DNA of 64,000 nucleotides from Perna viridis (Eukaryota): contig CM074516.1 in assembly GCA_037379345.1 (NCBI GenBank), positions 31,533,626-31,597,625 on the forward strand, read 5' to 3'. This document shows, piece by piece, positions 27,001-39,000 of this stretch (position 1 is its first letter; every line of letters starts with the position of its first letter). Under the pieces are notes generated by a model. The model was not told the DNA's origin. It saw nothing but the letters and a program-made list of their open reading frames with translations, and ran no database searches. The position numbers were made by a program, and so were the translations under genes.

Positions 27001-30000
27001 AGATAAAATCTTACCCAAAGCATTGTCTAACAACATCTCTGTTACAAGTTTTAATGAATTTTTCCACTTTATTAAGAGACTGAATGTCCTTCATATTAGC
27101 TCTATCTCCCAATGTCTAAAAAATAGTCATATCTAAATTGTCATTCAAAACAAATAGAACATAGTTTGAAAGATAATCTATAGACAATAACAGTGCAGTG
27201 ACGCAACATAAAAACTGATATACATTTGCATGAGGCTTAGAACCTAAGGAAAAAAATGCCTGTACAGTTATTTGTATATTAATGTTTTTGTCAAGTCAGT
27301 GCACTGTTGCTGTTGTTATAAAATAACATAATTTTAAAAGAAAAATGACATTTTTAGCAAGATAAACAATGTTTTTTATTTGAAGAGGGAAACATCCTGG
27401 CAACTTTATAACTTTGTAACTTTTGTGACATCACAAAAGAAAGTTATATTTAGTCAGTGACTGAACATCTCTTGTAAATATATCGTCAATGGATTTGATT
27501 GCTCAAATAAAATAGTTGTAGTATAATATGAAATAATGAGTTGATCATAGTTTGAAAGAATTTTAGAAATACAAAAACAACACGAAGTTGCACACTCAGT
27601 CTGAATGGTGTTGCCTATAAATACACCTTTTCATTCCTAATATTATCTACAGTTCATCAAAGATTCCTTAGAGCAAAAAAAGAAGTAACAAGCATTCTGC
27701 AAAGTAAATGCTAAATTTTATGTTCAACATATTAATTTGACAAACTATAAGTTCAATCAAATAAAAAGCTGGAGTCCAGCAAATACACAAATAAGAGATA
27801 ATTTAACACATGTTAAACTAAATTATAAAGCTGAGAAAAATATTGCAGAATATTTTTTTACAATTGTACAATCACAAGCAAATGGGAAAGGTAATTAATA
27901 CAGAGTGTTTGTACTATCAGGCTTCAAATAACTTTGCTATACTAATAAGTTAATAACTTTAAAAAATGACTTTATCCATAGACGAGAAAACATTAAGCAT
28001 CAACATGACCTATCTTAGAGACACACAGCATAGATTTTCAGAGATATCAAAAGTGGCCAAAACGTAATGTGTATACAAGTACAGGACAAGATCAGCAAGG
28101 TAATAAATTTGCAATTTCGTCCTGTCAAAACTTACCGGTATGTAATTCATGGCAGCCCTATCAGCTTACCAGGTTATAAAAGCCATGATTATATGATATC
28201 AGTATCAACTTCAACTCTGCCAAAGGTACAAACATGTTCTATAAATTACCATCACCTAAAAAAGCATGCAGTCTTTAATATCAACTCAGTTGAAAGTACA
28301 CACACACACACACACACATATAACTTACCACCCACAGTGGCATGCAGCGTTTAATATCAACCTTATCTCTGCCCATGGTACACACATGTTCTATAAATAG
28401 CTTCACTACTAGTGTTCTTGTCCACTGATACCTATATATAAAAATATAAACTACATGTACTGTTCAGGTTAACAGGAAGTTACAACCGAAGTCTTGCTAA
28501 GGATATACCTACATGTACTACTGTCAACTCTTAACTTAAGTTTGCAAACAGAAAGTTGTGTTTCTACAAAAATAATAACTTCATAAAGTAAAAATATCTC
28601 CAAAGTCATTTAACAGGAAGTTAGTGTTTGACAGTCCACAACACATGCATACAAAATTCAAAGTTAAAACATGAAACAATAAATAGGTTCAATTCTTTTT
28701 TTAATCTTTGCAAGCGTCTACATTTGTAAGCAATCAGATAAGGGCCCAGCTAATAGACCCTTTGATGATAAATGCCTGGGACAGTTGATGAGCATGCTTT
28801 ACAATTGCTCAATATACACTTCCATAAGAAAAATACTTTTGTTCTACCTAAGCCCTACCTCGCATAAGAATATGTCATGCATGTTCATCAACAAATGGGT
28901 CAATTAAACAGTTTAAGACTTGGGTCCACAAGATATATGGAAAGATGGACAGTCAAACAGACAGATATGGTGGTCCAGTATATGCTGAAACCTTGTTTTT
29001 TTGTTTTTTTGTTTTTTTTGGGGGGGTGGGGTGGGGGGTGGGTATAATTGAAATATTAATAAAATATTGAAGCAAGAGAAGTTGAAGTAAGATGTTTGTT
29101 ATGATTAACAGGCAGGTCAAAATTTACACAACATTTATATACCACTAGTATAATATATGTTCATGAACTACATTTCCTGCAGCAAAGATAACATTTATAG
29201 TCATGTGCAGACCTTCAGATTTGTAAAACCTTACTTAGAATTTTCTATGCCTTTAGTACACCTTTCTCCATATTGGAAATCTCTGTTTTCTGTATCTTGA
29301 CTAAAATGTCCAAATAATCTCTCTATTATAGGTCTGTAATCACAAACTTTCCTTAGCCATTTTGTTCTAGATTCTGGCTTGTTAAGGGCATCTTTGTTTG
29401 GTTCTAGATCTTCTACCAGTAAGTGCAATGCCAGGATGTCTAAAGTCTATAAAATCCATGAAAAGTAAAAATGAGTAATTTTTTTTTATAAAAAAGCAAT
29501 TAAGCAGCAACAATTTGATTTTCTAATAATTTGCAGCTGCAATATGAAAAAAATGTGTTTAACTGTCAGCTTTTAAAAGCTGTTACAATTTATTTGAAGA
29601 AAAACTGTTTACGCCCAGACAGAAAATCAAATGGTTGCTGCCTTACTGTCATATAAAACATTCTTTATACTTTGTTTGTAACATAATATCATTTCAGGTT
29701 AGTGATTCTATGATAAATGCATGTTGCATTGCCATACAAAGTTTTAACATATTTAATCTTTTTTAAAATTATTTATTCTAAACTACAAAAACTGTGAGCA
29801 ATGCTCAATAATTGATACCCCCACTCCCCCATTGATAACATCCACCTTTTTACCTCCAAAATTAAGTTCAGTGGTGTAGAAAAAGTTGTGAAAAAGAGAT
29901 GGGTCACCAACATTAGAATGCTAAAATCTATGTTTTCTGATGCAAGACATCAAACAATTTCAGATCACATCTAAAACAGAATGTCCATATATTCAAATTA

Positions 30001-33000
30001 AGTGGTGCAGGAAAAGTAATGGATAGAAGATAGATACCTCCATACCCACCTATTCAAAATTACAAAAGCCATGTTCTGCTATGTGAAACCCCTAACTTGA
30101 TTTGGACCAAAATCCAAAATAGGAGGTGCACAATAGAAATATGTAATAAAGATTCTATGAAAGTTTTATCAAATTCCTTTCAGCAATGTAAAAGAAGTAA
30201 TGGATAAGAGATGGGTACCCCTCTGCGTCATGATAGGATGGAAATACGGACAGAAGGAAGGGAGGACAAGGACAGAAGTACAAACAGAAGGAAGGACGGA
30301 AGGAAGGAAGGACAGACACGCAGACAGACAGATAATAATCTACTGCATATACCTCTGTAGGAGTACAACTTACAAATTCTTCATCAGTCACAAGATAAAA
30401 TGTTGATGATTTTTCCTGAAATTCTGTCATTCTCTGACAGCAGCCAGGCCAAACGTGTACAATGTTGGAGAAGTTCTTGTAGCGAGAGTCACTCACTATG
30501 TAGACAATGTGACATCCAATTAAAGAAGGAATCAATCTTCCAAATTCTCCTCTGATAAGATGTCTACAGCCATTGATGACACTTTCACAAACAATCTAAA
30601 AGATAATTTAAAAACAAATTTGAATTTCATCAAATTCATTGACAAAATGACTTAAGATGGGTCAAACTTACAATCTCCAAACATGTAAATCTCCTAAAGA
30701 CAAATTATCTCCCTTGCAGGCATTAAACTTTTAAAATGACCATCTTTCAAGTACATCTAAGATTTTGTTGATAAGTTAAATGATGGGCTAAGAAATAAAT
30801 TTAACCTAATCTTTCAGCCAATCTATAGTCTCGTGTCTCTCTCTAAAATAACTTTACACTAATTCTTACTTAATTTGTACTCAATGTGCCACAAGAACAT
30901 GTTTCTAACTATTCTTCCTCTGTTTGTACATAGATGTACCCAGTGTATGTACTCTCCAATGTAACACTTACTGTTAATGTTCCCTCCTCCTTTACTGAAA
31001 ATGCATGTGTACAGAGTACTGATAGTACAGGATGTACTGCGTGTATGTAGAGTAATGTCTGTACATTTCTTCCTTATTTGTACAAGACATACATGTGTTC
31101 ATTACTTACCATACCATGCTTATAAGTTTAAACAGAATAAACACAAACATTTTCTTCCTCATATTGTCCTGGATATACTTGTGTACAAAATTCTGTACAT
31201 TCCTCCTCAGTTTGTACTGGACGTATCATGTGTACAAAATACGAACTCTGCATTCCTCCTTGGTTTGTACAGGATGTATCATATGTACAAAATACTTACT
31301 CTACATTCCTCCTCAGTTTTTACAGGATGTACCATGTGTACAAAAATACTTACTCTACATTCCTCCTCAGTCTGTACTGGATGTACCATGTGTACAAAGT
31401 CTCCAATGTAACACTTGAGAATCTCATGAATGTGAGTTCCCTCAATGGAGAATAGAAGTTTCCCAAATGGCAATGTGCATAGGATGTCAGATGCTTTCAT
31501 CACAACATCAAAATGGCTATCTATAGAGTGAAAAAAGGGGGGAAAGTATAAATTAAGCATTAAACAGTAATCAAGTCTTCTGACTGAAGTGTACAATGTG
31601 CATAGATAGTATACAGATCCTACTGAAGTGGCTAATCACACTGATGACACAAAACTTGGCTAACTTATATGTTTGGTTAAGAAAAAAGCAAAATTTTGTG
31701 AAATATATGATATGAATCTCAAATGCAGCTTCAAATGGAAATATTTTGAATTGTCAACTAGTGGGCAAAGTGGAATGGGGTACTGAAGACTTTATTCTAT
31801 TTAATTATAGGTGGGAAAAACATCTTTCAATTATCATATTAAGATATTTTGTTTACCTTCAAATTCTTTTGCCTGCATTGTTTCCCTCAAAACTTCTTCA
31901 ATCTGACTAAAAATCAACCAAGAAAATGGCATGGTACTATTAAATGGTTTTCCATCCTTAGAAGTTGTTTTGACAGAAACCTCCTGAAGCTCCTGTTGTT
32001 TGGTTGGGGACACAATCATTCTGTATTTTAATTGGGTAAGTTCTGGGTTGTTGAATATCTCCACCCACAACCAAAGCTGCCAGCCATGTTTGGGACTTGT
32101 AGCCAAGATATCTAAGTTCTTGTTGGTATCGATGAATGCAATTATTCCTGCCAGGATAGGAATGACCTTTGACTCTAGACACCCGACTGCAAATTTTCTA
32201 GGAATGAAAATTATATTATAAGAAAGTTACTAGTATTTAACTAAGCCTTGTATAAGTCTTCAATCCTTACAAAAAGTTTTAGTTTCATTTCTAAAATTCT
32301 CATACAGGTTTAACTACGAAAGAGCAAAACATAACAGGTTTTTTTAAATTTCCATTTAGCCTGATTGTAGAAAAAAACATACATAAACTTCACTTAACCA
32401 GGTCATTGTAACTTAAAAATGACACTATCATCAAAGTAAAGTCTAGTTATACTAGTGCAATATACACTTATATGTATTTTGCATACACTATGACCTATGA
32501 CTTGAATGCACTTGCCCTGTTGATACTCTCTGGCTGAGATGACATAACCTATAACCTTTTTTCTACATGAATGTACCTGTACTGTTTATATTTTCTTTGG
32601 TAATGATAACACTGACTACAACCTCCTACTTTCCATATCAATATGACATGAACTATGACCTTCTACCTGAATGTACATATCCTGTTGGTACTCTATGGAT
32701 AAGATGACAAAAACTATGACCTTCTACCTGAATGTACATACCCTGTTGGTACTCCCTGGATAAGATGTTAGAAACTATGACCATTTTTCTACTTGAATGT
32801 ACCTGCTCTGATTATATTTTCTTTGTTAAAGATAACATGAACTGTTACATCCTACCTGCCCTATTGATATGACATGAACTATGACCTCCTACCTGAAAGT
32901 GCCAGCCCTGTTTATGTTTTCTGGTTTAGATGCCTCTTTTGATAGCCAGTTTGTGATGTCTCTTCCAATAGTGGTGTCCTCTTTCTCCCTAAGAATACAG

Positions 33001-36000
33001 CTGAGATGTTGAGCTATTCCAGACATCACAGTCAGATCACCTAGTAGGAATGCAACAAAAATGTCAAACCCCGAAACGGCATTTATGGACTCAATATTTA
33101 AGTTTTACATCCTCTTATTTTGAAGCACTGGTTTCTGATATAATTAAATTTAATCTTATGTTTCATATAGAAAAACAAAGTCCAATAGATATTCTATGAA
33201 ATTTTCTAGTGCATGGCAACAAATTCAGCAAAAATCCGTGGATAAGGGCAAAATATGAAGTTAAACTGTAACACATGAAAGATACAATCATATACATGTA
33301 CCAATTACAATCTGTCAAGTGTTTGGAGAAAAAGGCCTTCAAACAAATAAGCTTCAGAATAGCAAAATATCATACAAGGGTAAAACTTTGTGTCGTGACC
33401 ATTTTGATGTAATGCCAAACATGTTAAATGTTAAATAAATAGTTAAAGGAGTGAGCTCCCTTTATTCCAGAAGTACTTGTTTTTGAATTTGTAAGTTATT
33501 TCCAGTCTGCTTGTGATAAAAATAATAAAAATAGGTACTTTATCCTGGCAATAAAATGATAAGAATTAATGGATGTATTTATGGACAAGAATCTATATAT
33601 CCCTGCAACAATTTCAAACTTTAAATTCACTGATAATGTATTAGTTTTACCTTCCTCATGATGCAAACAAAAAAGAATGATCTTTAGTCTATCAATGGCT
33701 CTAGATGTTGTTGATCGTGGATCTTTAACATTTCCTAAGGCTGGCTGAATACATTTCTTTATCAAACTGTCAATCTTAAAATGTTTTCTAGGTATATTTC
33801 CCCTTTCATGTCTGATATCAGCATCAATGTCCATTAGGTCAATTTTTCCATCATTAGCTTCCACTCCCTCCATGGGTTGATCCTCTGACTGTTCCTCCAC
33901 CTCCATATTTACCTCAGATTTGCCCTTGGTAGATGCAAGTAAAGCACTGACTGACTGACCATGCATTTCAGCCACTGTTGGTATATCGTCGGATGATGGG
34001 TGGATATCATCTATATGTACTGAATGCCATAATCCACACTACAGTATGATTTAAATGAATTTTAATAAATGCTTCATTAACATGTAATATGTTATTAATA
34101 CACTAGTTTCTTGAAGGATTATGGGTTATATAAGGGCAATAACTCTTATATGGAGTCCTCTGACAACTTTGATCCCTGGAGACTTTCGTAGGACTTATAA
34201 TAAGAATCATTTCAGCAACAGAAAGTTTCATTCTATCTATCATAGTTTTCAAGATATAGGCTGAAAACTGTAAAAAAAAAAAAGTCATTTTTCACCTCCC
34301 AAGGGCAATACCCCTTACATGGAGTCATCTGACAACTTTGATACCTTGAAGACTTTCGTAGGCTTTATAATAAGGATATTTTAGCTATTGAAAGATATTG
34401 GCCAAACCTAACGATTTTGGAGATATACGCAAAAAACTACTGTACGACTCCTACGTCCTATTTTTACTAAAGGCAGCAATGTTTTTTAACGCATCAAAAA
34501 TCCAGACGTTCATTTTTTTAAGGATACCCTAAAAAACAAAAATACCAACATTCATTGAATTATGTACAGTAGTTTTTGAGGAGAAGATTTTTGACAGTAA
34601 TAACATCAAAAAACAGCAAAAAACATCCTAAAAGGGCAATAACTCCAACATGGGTCAACAGATTTTCACCAAAATATGACCACTGATAGACTTCATCATG
34701 CTGAATACTTTCACACCCGTCAAAATTTGGCTAGATCTTATGGTTTTGGAGATACATGCAAAAATCTGGTGTCTGACCCTTAGGTTCTATTTTAGTATAC
34801 AGCAGCCAAGTTTTTTAAGCGATCAAAAATCCAAATGGTCATTTGTGCAGGACACTCTAAGGAAAAATCATTATAAGTTTCATGCAAATCTATTCAGTAG
34901 TTTTAGAGGAGAAGTTGTTTGAAAAATTGTTAACAACGACAACGATGACAAGTGATGGCAATAGCTCACATGGCCAATGGCCAGGTGAGCTAATAATATG
35001 ACCCGCATTCTGACTTATTACCTCAAAAGTGAAAAAAGTTCTACATCTTCCTACTAAGCTTCACAAATTTCTTGGCAAAAGAATAACTGACAAAGTGATA
35101 AAACATCAAGAAAAACAAAATACCTGAAATCCAGTAAAACAGCCACCGGCAATGCCAGGAAGTTGTAGGACAAAAACAACATGTATGCTGACAGTCCTAT
35201 CATCCCTGATTGGTTGTAGTTCTCCCTGGACTGCATACCGAGCACAGGCAACCAGGTCAGCATTCTGGTCTCCACAGTCACATTGTACGATCAACAGTTT
35301 GTTTGATATGCCCGACTGGTCAAAGAATGCTCTAAAAGGGTTCATAATAGTTTTGTTTCAGTCAAAATACTGTTAAAGAATAAGAGAATGAGAGCTAACC
35401 TTTATATCATTTCTCAGTTCACTTGATAACGTAAAAAAATGCATATTCATGTTGTTATCAAGAGAAAAAAGATATTGTTTGAGACTACGTTCATAACTGA
35501 CACTGTTTCTGCCAGTATGACAAAATATTATCACCTATATGATGTAAAACAATGATCCCTCATTTAGTAAGTTTTCGAGTCAGAATTTCATTAGTTTCTT
35601 TCCCAAAGGTGAGGAAACTTCACAAAAGTGAAAGATAAGAGTTACATACTTGACTTTTCTGCTGAACTGTTGCTCTGTGTCAAATGACTGTAATGTCAGT
35701 AGTGTGACATTCTCTCTTTGAACAGGTATAAATCTACACAGTATCTCTATGTCGGCTGTAGCTAGGGTCTTTGAATTAGTTGTAATCTACAATAAAATCA
35801 ACATAAGTTCTTAAGTTATTCCTGACTTTGAACTTTGGATCAGAAGATGTTTGTTTCTGACTGCTATGTGTTAAAAAATAGACTGTATTAATGTATGTAT
35901 AAAAATAGAAGAAAGACATAAAATAGAAGAACAGAAAACTAAAAATCTTGCATAAAAAGATCGTGGAGTATCAATTTTCGTGGTTTTGTTGGGTTGGCCG

Positions 36001-39000
36001 AACCACGAAATTTGGTTCCCAACAAAAAGGAGAATCCCATTGATGTGTATATTGAAAACCTCAAAACCACAAATTCAATAATCCACAAACTTGTGTTTCT
36101 TTCCAAATCTATGGAAATTGGTATCCATGAATTAATGTACTTTCACAGTACTTAAAAGGCTTTGAATTTATATTTTTTATCCCTACTTGTACACGTAAAT
36201 TCTCCTGTCGTTGCTCCACAATTTTATACTGAAGATAATCAGCTAAACTTTCATGGTGTTGATGGTGGAAGTAGATATCAAATATATCACCCTTCTGACC
36301 ATCATGTTGTAACACAGCTGCTGGAGTGGCACACCATAACAGTATAGACTTAGCCTCATGCAATATCTACAATGAATATTGTATAATATATGATTTTAAT
36401 GTAATAAATTCCATGTAAATGCCTTGTCCTTTTATCCCATAACTTTTTTTTATGATTACATAATAAACTAGGAAAAGACGTGTAAGTAGGACTGACACAT
36501 CAATAATAATCAACAGATTTAACTGTATCTCTTAAAGTGTATGTGCTACTACCACGGAATGCAGGCTACATTAATCCACCACGATGAAGCTGAAAACCCT
36601 ATTTCTAAAGAGTTCTGATTCCTAAAATTCATCAAAAATGTAACAATAAATACTGAACAAGCAGCAGTGGGACAATTCAAATACATCAAAATCTTAAAAA
36701 AAATGGCTTGAACGAGAACTCAGGAAAGATGATCTACATACACAATATAGGAATCACAAAGTACCACACAAATTAAATTTCAAACCATTCCTTGATTTCA
36801 ATGAAAGATTCTGATTCAACTTTAATGTAACCCTTAACTCTGTGAAAGAGGAATGAAATTGTGACGACATTCTCAAGAACTGCTCATGCTCTCAAGATTT
36901 GTTAATTGAGTATCAAACACATGGTTGAATTAAGAAATAAATCATCATTATCGTTGTTTTACCGCAGGCTGGTCATTCATGTCACATCGTTTTACACTGA
37001 GCGATAGCCAAGGTTAAATTGCAACATAAATGGCCAGTCCATGGTAAAATAATGATAAAATGGAGTATCTGTAATTAAATTTGATTCAAATAGGTCTAGT
37101 CCCTTCATATTTTTGAATAGATGCAGCCTATGTGTTGCACGAAATGATGGTTATGTGTTCATCACTCTTTACCATGGCTGTGGTCTAAAGAGCTTTGAAG
37201 TATGTCATGAATATGAATTTAGGTCTAAGAATTCTTTAAGAAACCAAACCTGCTGAACAAAGTATGACAAACCTCTTCCTCAATTTCCTGTATAGCAGCA
37301 TCATCACATCTTTTCTCCTGACACACATGTAGTATAATGGCAGCGCATGTATCAGCATGGTAACCCATAAAGGCATTCCCTATTTCAACACTCCTAGAAC
37401 ACAAATATACCATCAACATAACTTTAAAATAATTGGATGTTTTTTAATACTACATTATTCATAATCATGAAAATTTATGCATGAAAATGGTAAAAAGTGT
37501 AAAATATAAGACTTGAGCTGAACTAGAAATAGTGTAAGCAAACTCAAAACAAGAGTGTCCCCTGCTCTGAATGGAATTAAGACGATTTCCATGAAAAAAA
37601 ACAGGCACAAACAAATCTCGTTTTAAAAAAAAATCTCATCCATTTCATATCACACTACTTGAATGGTGTTATTTGATTAAAGGCAATGATTTGGGAGCAA
37701 AAAATTGCATAGAGAGCATTTAAACATATGATGCCTGACCTTTTCACAAACTTTCATCAACATCCCTAATGTTGTGCCGATGAGGTCTTTCCTTGTAAAA
37801 CCCTTAAGTTGGATTATCTCCCTTTTGATTTCCCAAACAATAGTTATTATGCTTCATACACATCTAATATGATCCCTAACCTTCCTATAAAATTAACAAT
37901 CTCTTGAGTGATGAGGAAGGAGCTATGTGTGTTGTGGGGGCAGAGGAAAAGACAGACAGACAAACAAACAGACCAAGTGATACCTATATACCCCCTTACT
38001 TTGTTTGCAGAGCTGCAAAAAGCTTGTTATATGGTCAGGAAGTTATAAAAGCACATAAAAAAAAAACTTGCATTACTTCATTAATAATTTATGTTTACAC
38101 ATACTTTTCTCTCCTTAAGTGAAGTGGACCTTTAACCTCACAGAATTTCTGTGCCCAGGCCTGTAGTTTGTCAGCCATATCTAACTGTGCTGGACTCAAC
38201 ATATTCTTCAGTGAGAGAAAATGCTTCTCCAATCTGTTAATCAATGGAATTGGAAACTTATCATAGACTATCTGCTTTTCTGCTACTACTATTAGTCTGA
38301 AAAATATACAGCAATATTCATAATATCTGTAAAGGAATTAAGAGGAAAATTTAGGTTATGCTAAGTTTAAGTGCTGCTTAAATAGTAGATATTGGTTTAC
38401 TGACCATATATCATTTTTTACCCCCAAATCTTTATATTTAAACTATTTATTTTTCACATGTTCGATATCTCCTAATAATGAAAACATTGTTTTCTTTCTA
38501 TTCTCTATCTGGGAAAGATTAACAACACTTCTGAATCTTTTCTTAATAATAGAAGCAAAAGGTTCTTGGCATCTTCATTATAGAAGTAAACATAAATTGC
38601 AAACTGAAATGAAAATAACTGTTATATGTTTAGATTTTTCATTTACAAACCAACTGTTTCTTTTAACATTGCAAGTGCAAAACATGAGGATGCACATATT
38701 GTCGTGCTATTCTTACCTCACTTGTACAGGAAGTTGATATTTTGTTCATACTTCCAACAATTGAGGATATTATAAAAACAAAATTAATAATTTTTCGCCA
38801 TGTTTTCCTACACCTAGTTGAAAATTAATAAAACTGGCAGTCTCTTAGAAAGACGAGTATTCTTTAAAACGAAAATACTTCTTGAGTAGCTTAGCTATAA
38901 AATGGTTGTATAAACTACATGTACTACATAAAAAACTGATCAACAGTACCTGTAGAATTTGCAAATATGAATGTAATGTAGTATAAGATGGTGTGTCATC

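Noticed and set aside
30977-31455. Plus-strand ORFs (144, 107, 75 aa) with repetitive peptides
   Set aside because: Antisense translations of the exon 40-derived tandem repeat.
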